DNA from: Bryobacterales bacterium
Lineage (GTDB): Bacteria; Acidobacteriota; Terriglobia; Bryobacterales; Bryobacteraceae
Length of the DNA: 64,000 nucleotides
Assembly (NCBI GenBank): GCA_963841635.1
Contig: CAWJDO010000003.1
Coordinates: 159,820-223,819, forward strand
Direction of reading: 5' to 3'
In this document: positions 43,663 to 53,006 of the stretch, piece after piece
Layout of the letters: the number at the start of each line of letters is the position of its first letter
Numbering within the stretch: the first letter of the stretch is position 1
Program-made: the position numbers and the translations under genes
The notes under the pieces: model-generated
What the model saw: the letters and a program-made list of their open reading frames with translations, nothing else
The model's database searches: none
Told to the model about the DNA's origin: nothing

Positions 43663-46600
43663 CTACCGGCCCGCCATGTTCAAAATCGCTTCGTACTCCC
43701 TCAGCACCGAAGGCAATCCCTGGCCTCCGGTCAGGTTCTTTATCTTCCGGTCGGCCTCGATCGGGCCGATCCGGTTCGCAGCGAAGTCGTCCATCACCTT
43801 GCGAAGGTCCAGAACGTGCTGCTGGACTCCGGCGTTGGCCCTGGCCAGCGGCGCCTTCGGCAGGACGGCGCCGGGGCTTCCGATGAGCTTCGTGTTCATG
43901 TCTTTCACCAGCGTGCGGCACTGCTCCTGGAAAAACAGATAGTCGGGAATGGGGTCCTTGGTCAGCGCCAGGCGGTTCAGGTCGGGCTTGGCGGGCTTGG
44001 CGTTGGGGTTGTGCATCACTTTATACATCGTGACGTCGGCCGCCTGCTGGGTGAGGCCTGGATCGATGGCATCGAAGTCGGCGTGCGGCACATCCTCTTT
44101 CCCCAGGAACGCGGTATTCAGATACGACTCCTTGTGAACGGAAGTCGTGAAGTTGACGAAGGCCTCGTCGGTGCTGCGGCCGGGGCCGCCCACTACCTCG
44201 GCGAAGGCCTTGTTCAGATGCTTCTGACCCGCTTCCTGGTACTCGAAAAGGCTGCGCCGTTCGAGTTGCCCGGTCTTCGGGTTTCTCAGCGTGAGCGTCT
44301 TGCGCCAGGCTTGCCACTCGGGATTGGAGACCAGCGGGCCGAGCTTGCCGTCCTTGCCCGGCACGCGGATGAGCCGCTGCGGCTCGATGATACCGAGATC
44401 CACGTCCATGCCGGCCTTCTCCGCGCTGGCCGAATTGGAGAACTGGCGCGTCTTCTGCGGCGACCAGCCTTCGTTGGCCAGTTTCTGTTCGAACTTCTGC
44501 TGCACCTCGGCCATGAACTTGTTTTCGTGGGTGAGATAGCGGTTCATGGTGGCGGTGTCGCCCGCTCTGGCCGTCTGGTTCAGCGCGGTCTTGGCGGCGT
44601 AGTCGCACTTGATGGCCTTGGCCGCTTCTTCGGCCTTCAGTCTGAGGCCGGCGATGGTCTTGGGATCGGCGTTCTGCCCCATCGATTCGGCCAGCGCCTC
44701 GGAACGCTGTTTGAATAGCGCCACCTTGGCCCGGCCGTTGGCCATCCGGGAATCGCGTCGAGCCGCACCGAGCAGGCTTTCGATCGAAGGGGCATCGGGG
44801 TTGCCCTTGCCGGTTCTGTAGTAGGCGCCGACGACCGTGCCGACGGCCTTCTGAAAAGCGAAAATGCTGATGGCGGTCTTGGCGCCCTCGGTCACAGCGC
44901 CGGTGATGCCGCCCTGAGTCTCCTGCCCGGTCGCCGGATCGGTGATCTTCTTTTCGTAGCCGTCATAAGCCGCCACCAGCGTCATCGCCACCGGGTGTGA
45001 GGCGGCCAGCGCCTCGCGGACGCCTCTGGCCGGACCGCCCTCCACCCAACCCGTCGCGCCCAGGTACCCCGGGTAAATCAGGCCGCAGCCGGGGGCGAAG
45101 GAGAGCACGAACATGGCGCCGTCCGCGCCGGTCTTGAGCGCCTGGGTGACACCGACAACGTAATCCCCCGCGTCAGCGGCGCGCTGGTAGAGATCGGCGT
45201 CTTTCTCGGCCTGGCCATGCACGCGCGCGGCAAGGTCACCAACGATTGTCTTGACTCCGGCGAAATCTCCCCGGGCGATCGCCTCGCCGATGGCCGCCTG
45301 CGTCCTCTGGGTCTCGGTGTAACGGAGCTCCTTGGGCAACAGATTGATGAGCCGTGGGACTGCCGCTTCGGCGTTGATGGCCTGGCCGGTGACGCCGGCG
45401 GTCTGCTGGGTCTGAGAGGCCATGAACGCGAAGTTCCAGTTGTCGTATTCCGTCCGCGTGTGCGTCCAATCGCCGGTGGCCAGAGTCGTTTCGTTGTCGC
45501 GTTCGGACTGGAGATTGGCCTCGGTCACCATAATCAGGTAGTTGAGGCGATCGCTCCGGTCGGGATGGGCGGACAGCTCGGCTCGGTAGTGATCGAGCTC
45601 GTTCTGAAAATGAACCTGGTTGGCGCGGGCAAAGGCGATGGCGTCGGCTTTGGCGTCGGCCTCCGGCCCCCACGTTGTCTGGTGGCCCCGGGCCGCTTCG
45701 GCTTCGGCGTTGGCCTCGATCTCCCCCACCTGGCTGGGCGTGAGTTCGACAAGTTGATAGGTGTACTTGAAGTCGAAAGACTCACCCGCGGCGTCCACCC
45801 GGAACGAGATCGGGAACGTGTGGTCAGGCGTGACCTGGGCCCAGCCGGTCTCCAATTTCACGGGGACGGCTTTGGGTCCTGGCTCGGGAGGGTCGGTTGG
45901 CAGCAGCTGGAATATGTACTGGATCGCCGGACCGGCGTCACTGTATCCCTGCTGCACCACAATGTATGCGCAGGCTACCTTGATGGGGCCATTCCCAAAG
46001 GCCGCGCTCGCGCTCGAGCCAGCCACGCCCGGTAGCTGGACATCGGTGCACTTGGGCTCCAGAACCAGCACGATTTTTTCGCCCTCTTTCTCGGTATAGA
46101 TCCGCTTTAGCGGAGTCCATTTCACCTCACCGCCCACCACATCCGTAACAATTTCGTTCGGCTTATTCGTGTCCACCCGCGGGCCGCTGTTCCTCCATGT
46201 CCCGGAAACCAGGCCCTCCGAGGCCTGCCAGCCCGGCCGCTTGGGCCGATTGAACTCCAGGTTCTTCATCACCCAGTACCTGCCGGCGGGCGGCCCGGGC
46301 ATTACGGACTTCACGGCCTTGGACGCCTCTTCGTGGGTCTTTCGGGCGCGGGCCTTGTGGGCCAGGGGATCGGGCGGCTCGCCCAGTTCCTGGATCTTGC
46401 GGGTGACGTCGTTCAACGTTGCGTTGAGAGCGGCCACGTTGTCGCGATGGACGCGGCAGACTCGCATGGCCTCGCGCACGCCGTCCTCGTCCTCCATCGC
46501 CGCGGCGGTGGTGGCCTCCTCCCAGACGTTGCTGAACTGCAGCATGGCCTGGTGCAGCGCCGCACGGGTCGAAAGGAACTGGTTCAGCAGCGGGTTGAGC

Positions 46601-47751
46601 TTGTTGAAATACTCGATGACGGGCTGGCAGGGGTATTCAAACAGCGGCGCCCACTTGGTGTCGAAGCGCTTTTCCTGTTCGGCCGAGAGGGGACCCATCA
46701 GCACCCGCATCCCTTCTTTCGCGGCGCTGATGGCGGCGTGGTAGTGGATCGGCGTCAGGTGGTTGATGTCGAGGTTCTCGGGGATGACCGCGCGCGCAGC
46801 CGGGCCCGCATCGGGCAGGGCGGTGACGGGCAAGGGCCGCCACAGCGTATCGGATTCGGGCCATTTCCCCTGCTCGAAGTACGCCCCGGGGAGCACGAGT
46901 TGACGCGCGGATGCCGCAGGAACTGGCGCTGCCGCAGCGGGAGCCGGTGTAGGGGCGGCGGGTGCGGGAGCGGCTGCTACGGACGAACTGGCGGATGCGG
47001 GGCCGCTCGCCGGTGAAGGCGCGGCAGTGGGCGCGGCATGGGGCGCGGCAGTCGGATTGGAGATCGCCTGCTGAATCTGATCGATCTTCTGCAGCACCCG
47101 GTCCAGCTTGGACCCGCCCCGGCCGGTCTTGGCCAGTTCGCTGCGCGCGCCCTCGGCATAGGCCCCGTTCGGCTCCATTTGCAGGTAGCGTTTGAGATCC
47201 GCGGCGGCGCCGGCCTTGTCGCCTTTGGCCCTCTTGACCACGCCACGGCTGAACCAGGCGGGGCCATTATTCGGGTTGGTCCCGATGGCGCGGTCATAAT
47301 CGGCAATCGCGCCATCGAGGTCGCCCGCATCATAGCGTACGCTGCCACGATTCATGTACGCGTTTGAATAGTTCGGGTCCTGCCGGATGGCAGCCGTGTA
47401 ATCCGCAATGGCCCCGGCGCGGTCGCTCAGACCCTTCTTAGACGAGCCGCGGCACACGAACGCGCGCGCGTTCCCCGGGTCGAGCTGGATCGCACGGTCG
47501 CAGGCGGCCAGAGCTTCGATGTGGTTCTTGAGTCCGACCAGCGCCACGCCTTTCATCCGCCACGCGTCGGAGTACTCCGGCGCGAGTTGGACGGCTCTCT
47601 CGAAGGCCTCGAGCGCGCCCTGCTTGTCGCTTTTTGCCAGGAGCGCTTCTCCGTCGGCGATGGCCTGCAGCGCGGCCGGCGGCGGCGTCTGCCCAGTCGC
47701 ACCAAACTGAAACGACAAAGCCAGAAGCAGCGCGAACAAGGCTCTGCTCAT
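43663..47751 (-). CDS. Very large secreted protein: N-terminal TPR repeats, Ala/Pro-rich linker, then a roughly 1000-aa region of unknown function
   Basis: ORF 43663-47838. The ATG at 47751 (GGAGG 4 nt upstream) gives the signal peptide MSRALFALLLALSFQFGATGQ. There are five or more TPR units (AIQLDPGNARAF, AIRQDPNYSNAY, AIGTNPNNGPAW), then a PAPAAPTPAPAAAAPVP linker. I recognise no motif in the remainder. Confidence 0.8.
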   Translation of the reverse strand: MSRALFALLLALSFQFGATGQTPPPAALQAIADGEALLAKSDKQGALEAFERAVQLAPEYSDAWRMKGVALVGLKNHIEALAACDRAIQLDPGNARAFVCRGSSKKGLSDRAGAIADYTAAIRQDPNYSNAYMNRGSVRYDAGDLDGAIADYDRAIGTNPNNGPAWFSRGVVKRAKGDKAGAAADLKRYLQMEPNGAYAEGARSELAKTGRGGSKLDRVLQKIDQIQQAISNPTAAPHAAPTAAPSPASGPASASSSVAAAPAPAAPTPAPAAAAPVPAASARQLVLPGAYFEQGKWPESDTLWRPLPVTALPDAGPAARAVIPENLDINHLTPIHYHAAISAAKEGMRVLMGPLSAEQEKRFDTKWAPLFEYPCQPVIEYFNKLNPLLNQFLSTRAALHQAMLQFSNVWEEATTAAAMEDEDGVREAMRVCRVHRDNVAALNATLNDVTRKIQELGEPPDPLAHKARARKTHEEASKAVKSVMPGPPAGRYWVMKNLEFNRPKRPGWQASEGLVSGTWRNSGPRVDTNKPNEIVTDVVGGEVKWTPLKRIYTEKEGEKIVLVLEPKCTDVQLPGVAGSSASAAFGNGPIKVACAYIVVQQGYSDAGPAIQYIFQLLPTDPPEPGPKAVPVKLETGWAQVTPDHTFPISFRVDAAGESFDFKYTYQLVELTPSQVGEIEANAEAEAARGHQTTWGPEADAKADAIAFARANQVHFQNELDHYRAELSAHPDRSDRLNYLIMVTEANLQSERDNETTLATGDWTHTRTEYDNWNFAFMASQTQQTAGVTGQAINAEAAVPRLINLLPKELRYTETQRTQAAIGEAIARGDFAGVKTIVGDLAARVHGQAEKDADLYQRAADAGDYVVGVTQALKTGADGAMFVLSFAPGCGLIYPGYLGATGWVEGGPARGVREALAASHPVAMTLVAAYDGYEKKITDPATGQETQGGITGAVTEGAKTAISIFAFQKAVGTVVGAYYRTGKGNPDAPSIESLLGAARRDSRMANGRAKVALFKQRSEALAESMGQNADPKTIAGLRLKAEEAAKAIKCDYAAKTALNQTARAGDTATMNRYLTHENKFMAEVQQKFEQKLANEGWSPQKTRQFSNSASAEKAGMDVDLGIIEPQRLIRVPGKDGKLGPLVSNPEWQAWRKTLTLRNPKTGQLERRSLFEYQEAGQKHLNKAFAEVVGGPGRSTDEAFVNFTTSVHKESYLNTAFLGKEDVPHADFDAIDPGLTQQAADVTMYKVMHNPNAKPAKPDLNRLALTKDPIPDYLFFQEQCRTLVKDMNTKLIGSPGAVLPKAPLARANAGVQQHVLDLRKVMDDFAANRIGPIEADRKIKNLTGGQGLPSVLREYEAILNMAGR

Positions 47752-47849
47752 CTCGCCTCCAAGCCCCCACGCCGGCTGGGACTCCGGCGGGGATGTCGCT
47801 AACAAGATCCGTAATACGATAACATGGGCGAACGGCACACGCCCGTACT

Positions 47850-47941
47850 GGCACCGAACCTGGCACCGAACCGCGAGCGTGGGCGAGCGGACACCCGCCT
47901 GTCCAGATCCTGTCCGCTCCCTGACGGTCGCGGTTCAGTGC
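47850..47941. repeat. Family-A REP, expanded copy with a duplicated left arm
   Basis: There is a partial GGCACCGAACC at 47850-47860, the left arm GCACCGAACCGCGAGCGT at 47863-47880, and the right arm CTGACGGTCGCGGTTCAGTGC at 47921-47941. Confidence 0.85.
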
Positions 47942-47993
47942 TTGGGACACGGTGCTCAGGCGCGCGGGTCGCGCACCGTCGATAATGTAGAGA

Positions 47994-49454
47994 ATGTCCT
48001 CCGCCACCACAGCGCTCACGAAGTACGAAGCGGTCATCGGCCTCGAAGTCCACGTCCAGTTGGCGACGCGGTCGAAGATTTTCTGCCGTTGTCCCGCCGG
48101 CTTCGGCGCGGCCCCGAACACCAACGTCTGTCCGGTGTGCCTGGGACTTCCCGGAGCGCTGCCGGTGCCCAACCGCGCCGTGATCGAAATGGCGATGAAG
48201 GCCGCCTTCGCGCTGAATTGCGAGGTCCGTCCGTTCTCGCGCTTCGCACGCAAGAACTACTTCTATCCCGACCTGCCCAAGGGCTTCCAGATCAGCCAGT
48301 ACGATCAGCCGCTGGCCGAGCACGGCTTCCTCGATATCGTCGTGGACGGGGCCGCCAGGCGCATCGGCATCACCCGCGTTCACCTGGAGGACGACGCCGG
48401 CAAGAGCCTGCACGACGGATTTCCCGATTCCGCGCGCTACACCTATGTGGACTTGAACCGCAGCGGCACGCCCCTCATCGAAATCGTCTCCGATCCGGAC
48501 ATGCGCACCTCGGAGGAAGCCTACCTCTTCTTGACTGAGCTGAAGCAGCGCCTCCAATACATCGAGGTTTCGAGCTGCGACATGGAAAAGGGCCACCTGC
48601 GCTGCGACGCCAACGTCTCCGTGCGCCCGCGCGGCCAGCAGCAACTCGGCACCAAGGCCGAGGTGAAGAACCTAAACTCGTTCCGCTTCCTGAAAATGGC
48701 GCTCGACTACGAGATCGCGAGGCAGGTGGAACTGGTCGAGAGCGGCGGCCGCGTGGAGCAGGAAACGCGTCTCTACAATCCCGATGCGAACGAGACCGTG
48801 GGAATGCGCTCGAAAGAGCACGCGCACGACTACCGCTACTTCCCCGAGCCGGACCTGGTGCCGTTGCGCATCGGCGATGCATGGCGCGAGCGGGTCCGCG
48901 GCGAAATGCCCGAGTTGCCCGCGTCGCGGCGCGCGCGATTTGTCGCCGCCTACGGGCTCGGCGAGTACGCTGCGGATGTGCTCACGGCGACCCGCGAGAA
49001 CAGCGACTACTTCGAGAAGGCGGCCGCGGCGGCGGGCGATCCGCGGGCGGCGGCCAACTGGGTGATGGGCGACCTGGCCGCGGCGTTGAAGGAGGCCGGC
49101 AAGTCGATCGCCGAATCGCCGGTATCGGCCGAGCACCTCGGTGAGCTGATCGCGCGCATCGCCAAGGGCGAGATCTCGGGCAAGATGGCCAAAGAGGTCT
49201 TCGCCGGTATGTTCGCGACCGGCGAATCCGCCGGAGCCGTCATCGAGCGCTCGGGGATGAAGCAGATCAGCGACGCCGGCGCGCTGGCGAAGATCGTAGA
49301 CGAGGTACTGGCCGCCAATCCCAAGCAACTGGAGCAGTACAAGGGAGGCAAGACCAGCGTCCTCGCCTTCTTCGTCGGCCAGGTCATGAAAGCCAGCCGT
49401 GGCCAGGCGAATCCCGCGGCCGTGAACCAGCTCCTCAAAGAGAAGTTGGGCTGA
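47994..49454 (+). CDS. gatB: Asp-tRNA(Asn)/Glu-tRNA(Gln) amidotransferase subunit B
   Basis: 486 aa with the blocks YEAVIGLEVHVQL, KIFC, NTNVCPVCLGLPG, ARKNYFYPDLPKGFQISQ, HLEDDAGK, NRSGTPLIEIVS, RCDANVS and a C-terminal YqeY-like tail. Confidence 0.93.
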   Translation: MSSATTALTKYEAVIGLEVHVQLATRSKIFCRCPAGFGAAPNTNVCPVCLGLPGALPVPNRAVIEMAMKAAFALNCEVRPFSRFARKNYFYPDLPKGFQISQYDQPLAEHGFLDIVVDGAARRIGITRVHLEDDAGKSLHDGFPDSARYTYVDLNRSGTPLIEIVSDPDMRTSEEAYLFLTELKQRLQYIEVSSCDMEKGHLRCDANVSVRPRGQQQLGTKAEVKNLNSFRFLKMALDYEIARQVELVESGGRVEQETRLYNPDANETVGMRSKEHAHDYRYFPEPDLVPLRIGDAWRERVRGEMPELPASRRARFVAAYGLGEYAADVLTATRENSDYFEKAAAAAGDPRAAANWVMGDLAAALKEAGKSIAESPVSAEHLGELIARIAKGEISGKMAKEVFAGMFATGESAGAVIERSGMKQISDAGALAKIVDEVLAANPKQLEQYKGGKTSVLAFFVGQVMKASRGQANPAAVNQLLKEKLG

Positions 49455-49545
49455 ACGCGACTGAAACTCTTCGCCGCGAGCGGGTGTCTAACCTAACGAC
49501 GGCCGAGCAGGCTCGGTCCCGCAGCCTGAGATACGCTGAAAGAAA

Positions 49546-51201
49546 ATGCTCCGCGCAGGATCGCGATGGTGGGTTCTGGCGCTCGCCGCGACGGCCTGGG
49601 GACAAGTGCGGCCCGCGGCGCCCCACTATGCCTCCATCACCGGCGTGGTCCTCGATGATGCCACCGGAGCGCCGGTTCCCCGCGCCGTGGTCAAACTCGA
49701 AACCAAATCCGCCGATCCCTCAGACGCCGTTGCCTGGACCGACGACCGCGGTGGATTCCTATTCTCCCGTGTTCCTCCGGGGCGATACTCCCTCACCGCA
49801 CATCGCGACGGATACGAGACGGCGCGCTTCGGCACCGTGAGCCGGGAGCAGCCGCCCGAGGTCCTCTCGCTCGCCGGCGCGGAGGACCGGCGCGTCACGC
49901 TCCGCATGCGGCCCGTCGGATCCATCTCCGGAACCGTGACCGGCCCGGACGGCGACCCCTTGCCCGGCGCGAACATGAGCCTGCTCGTCGCCGGATACAA
50001 TCGCCGCAAGCCGCGATATTGGCCGCAGCATGGGACACAGACCGACGGACGCGGCCGTTACCGCATAGGCGGTCTTCCCGCCGGCAAGTACGTCCTGATG
50101 GCGGACGCTCAGTGGCAGAGGCCGGCGGCGATGGCGGAGGTGGTGCGCGGCCAGGCGCAAGAGGAGTCGAAGTACGCGCCGCTGTTCTATCCCAACGCGG
50201 ATCGCATTGCCGCCGCAACCCCCATCGTGCTCGCGCCCGGCAAGAATCTCGAGGGTTTCGATTTCCAGTTGTCGCCGCAGCCCGTGGGCAAAATCGCGGG
50301 GAAGGTAGTCCTGCCCGCCGACGCCGGGCCCAACGCCCAGATCATGGTGCAGGTTCGCGAAGAGGACCAGTCGTTCCCGGGCTCTCAGATGGGTATGGGC
50401 GCGAATCCGGGCGACGGCTCGTTCGAGTTGAACGGCGTCCTCCCCGGCAGGTACGTTGTGAGCGCGGTTTTCAACGGGCAAAGCCGCCAGTACCGCGGAG
50501 TGGAGCACGTCGAGGTGGGGCATGCCGCCACGCAGGTGACTCTCCACCTGGAGCCGGCCGTGGAACTCGCCGGCTCGGTCCGCCTGGAAGGAAACTCCGG
50601 AGGCGAACCGCCGCATTTCCGGGTCATGCTGGTTGAGGGCGACGGCCTCCCGTCGTTCGCCGGGCGGCCGGAGGCGGAAGTGAAGCCCGACGGCAGCTTC
50701 CGCATTCCGAACGTGCTCCCGGGCATTTGGGATATCGACGTCGAGCCGGTCCCGGAGGGCGGTTTCATCAAGTCGATGCGCCTGGGCAACCAGGATGTGC
50801 TCACCGACGACATGCTGATCGAATCCACCACCAGCGCGCCTCTGAACATCGTCCTCAGTACGCGCGGCGCGGTGATCGACGGCGCTGTGACCGCCGCCGG
50901 CGGGGAGCGGGCGAAGCAGGCGTATGTGGTGCTGGCGCCGTCCGGTCCTCGCGAAAAAGTCTGGACGTTTTACCGAGTCACCCCCGTGGATGAAAGCGGC
51001 CATTTCGAGTTCAATGGCGTCACGCCCGGCGCCTACATGCTCTACGCGCTGGCACGTATGGACAGCGACCCGAGCCAGGATCCCGACTTCCTGAAGCCTC
51101 TGGCAGGCCACGGCGAGGCGATCGACGCGCCCGAGGGCACCCACGTGACCCGCGACGTCCGTCTGATTCCGGAAACGCCGCTGGAGGCCGAAACGAAATG
51201 A
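49546..51201 (+). CDS. Secreted carboxypeptidase-regulatory-like (prealbumin-fold) repeat protein, paralogue 1
   Basis: 551 aa with a signal peptide and repeated units of the type ITGVVLDDATGAPVPRAVVKL...DDRGGFLFSRVPPGRYSL, ISGTVTGPDGDPLPGANMSL and GRYRIGGLPAGKYVL. Confidence 0.75.
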   Translation: MLRAGSRWWVLALAATAWGQVRPAAPHYASITGVVLDDATGAPVPRAVVKLETKSADPSDAVAWTDDRGGFLFSRVPPGRYSLTAHRDGYETARFGTVSREQPPEVLSLAGAEDRRVTLRMRPVGSISGTVTGPDGDPLPGANMSLLVAGYNRRKPRYWPQHGTQTDGRGRYRIGGLPAGKYVLMADAQWQRPAAMAEVVRGQAQEESKYAPLFYPNADRIAAATPIVLAPGKNLEGFDFQLSPQPVGKIAGKVVLPADAGPNAQIMVQVREEDQSFPGSQMGMGANPGDGSFELNGVLPGRYVVSAVFNGQSRQYRGVEHVEVGHAATQVTLHLEPAVELAGSVRLEGNSGGEPPHFRVMLVEGDGLPSFAGRPEAEVKPDGSFRIPNVLPGIWDIDVEPVPEGGFIKSMRLGNQDVLTDDMLIESTTSAPLNIVLSTRGAVIDGAVTAAGGERAKQAYVVLAPSGPREKVWTFYRVTPVDESGHFEFNGVTPGAYMLYALARMDSDPSQDPDFLKPLAGHGEAIDAPEGTHVTRDVRLIPETPLEAETK

Positions 51202-52877
51202 GCGCAGCGTGGACTGGGTTGTTCGCCGCGATTCTGCTGGCCGCGCCTGTGCTCGCGCAACAGCCATCGCCGGCTCCAGCCGAGGAGTCGACCGGCTCCA
51301 TCGAAGGCACGGTGCTCGACGCCGTCACGGGCGAGCCGATCCGGAAGGCGGAGGTCAACCTGAACGGCGCTGCAACGCCAGGCGGCACGCAGACAAACCT
51401 GACTGCGGGCACCGATGCCAGCGGGCATTTCGCGTTTCGCGCCCTTCCGGCCGCCACCTATTGGCTTCACGCGCAGCACGCCAACTACGGCTACGTGGCC
51501 TCCGCGGAGGGGCCCGCCCGGATCACGCTGCAGACCAGAGAACAGAAGAGCGGAATCGAGATCAGGCTCTCGCCGCAGGGGACCATCAGCGGAAAGGTAG
51601 TTGACGAGTTTGAAGCTCCGGTGGCGAATTGCTTCGTGAGCGCGCTGCGGCGGCAATCGCAGGGCGGGGGTCGGCGCGGTCTGGTCAGCCGGAACGGCCT
51701 AGCGACCAACGATCGCGGCGAGTACTGGATCCAGGGTCTCGAGAAGGGCCGCTATTATGTGAACGCGCGGTGCAACGGGGAGTTGGAGGCGCCGCACGCG
51801 CTGATGCCGGCCCGCGACCCGCGCAGGCCCACGCTGGTCTACGCTCCGCAATTCTACCCGGGCGTGCCGGACACCAACGGCGCCACGCGCCTCGGCGTCG
51901 CGCCGGGAACCGAGACCCAGGGCGTGGACTTCCGGGTGCACCGCGTTACCGGGGTCACGGTGCGGATTCGGGTCGATGCGCCCGATCCCTCGGTGCTGCA
52001 GAACGGCAACGTTCAGGTCCTGCTGCTTCCGCCCAGCCTCGACCTCTCCGAAACAGGGGGCATCGGCGGCAGCATGGACCGGCGCAACGGGGAGTTTCAG
52101 ATTCGCTCGGTCACGCCCGGGTCGTATGTGATCGTGGTGGGCACCACGATGACGGCGGCTAACGGTCCCTTCTACCAGGGCAGGTTGCCGCTTCAGGTCG
52201 GCGCCACGGCGCCGGATCCGGTTCACGTCACGCTCGCGCCCGCCACGGAAATGAGCGGAACGGTCGAAGTGGAAGGCGACAACCAGCCCGCGCTGGAAGC
52301 TCTTTCGGTCGTGCTCGAGCCGCTCAGCAACCTCCCCTTCCCGCGGCCGCCGCAGGCACACGTGAACAAAGACGGCACTTTCACCGTAACGGGCGTGACT
52401 CCCGGACGATGGCGCCTCCTTCTGTGGGGCGGGCCTTACATCAAGGCGCTCGCCATCGGCGAAAGGGACGCATCGCCATTCGGATTCGACCTGGCGCCTG
52501 GAACGGCCGGTCCCATTCACATTCTCGCCAGCGGCAAAACCGGCCAGGTGCAGGCGACCGTGCCGGCCATGGCCGGGGGCGAGGCGATCAACTTCCTGCT
52601 CGTGCCGGCCGAGCCCGAGCGCCTCGACGCTGGCCTGGTGCGGTCCAGTCCCGCAGGCGGAGGGCAGGCCACGCTGCAGGGCGTCGTGCCCGGTCGATAT
52701 CGCCTGTACGCATTCGATGCGCCACCCCGGTGGAACCTGCAGGAACTGCCGGAGGTTCTGGGAGCGCTCGAGAACCGCGCAACACTCATCGAGGTCGGTG
52801 AAGGCCAGACGGTCCAGGTAACGGCGGAACCGATCGATGCCGCCCAGCTCAAAGAGGCGCTGGACGAGAACCAGTAA
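51198..52877 (+). CDS. Secreted carboxypeptidase-regulatory-like repeat protein, paralogue 2
   Basis: 559 aa with an ATGA overlap with the previous gene. Units include IEGTVLDAVTGEPIRKAEVNL...DASGHFAFRALPAATYWL, ISGKVVDEFEAPVANCFV and RGEYWIQGLEKGRYYV. Confidence 0.75.
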   Translation: MSAAWTGLFAAILLAAPVLAQQPSPAPAEESTGSIEGTVLDAVTGEPIRKAEVNLNGAATPGGTQTNLTAGTDASGHFAFRALPAATYWLHAQHANYGYVASAEGPARITLQTREQKSGIEIRLSPQGTISGKVVDEFEAPVANCFVSALRRQSQGGGRRGLVSRNGLATNDRGEYWIQGLEKGRYYVNARCNGELEAPHALMPARDPRRPTLVYAPQFYPGVPDTNGATRLGVAPGTETQGVDFRVHRVTGVTVRIRVDAPDPSVLQNGNVQVLLLPPSLDLSETGGIGGSMDRRNGEFQIRSVTPGSYVIVVGTTMTAANGPFYQGRLPLQVGATAPDPVHVTLAPATEMSGTVEVEGDNQPALEALSVVLEPLSNLPFPRPPQAHVNKDGTFTVTGVTPGRWRLLLWGGPYIKALAIGERDASPFGFDLAPGTAGPIHILASGKTGQVQATVPAMAGGEAINFLLVPAEPERLDAGLVRSSPAGGGQATLQGVVPGRYRLYAFDAPPRWNLQELPEVLGALENRATLIEVGEGQTVQVTAEPIDAAQLKEALDENQ

Positions 52878-52900
52878 GGGCTCGTGGCTTGTGGCCTGAA

Positions 52901-52978
52901 GCACCGAACCGCGCGCGTAAGCAAGCGGACCCGTCCGCCCCTCCGAACGTCCGCTCCCTCACGGTCGCGGTTCCGTGC
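52901..52978. repeat. Family-A REP, full copy with an enlarged centre
   Basis: GCACCGAACCGCGCGCGTAAG lies at 52901-52921 and CTCACGGTCGCGGTTCCGTGC at 52958-52978. The centre contains GCGGA-CCCG-TCCGC. The element lies between convergent stop codons at 52877 and 53007. Confidence 0.85.
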
Positions 52979-53006
52979 TGACAGCAGCGACAGGCGACGC
53001 GTGCCC

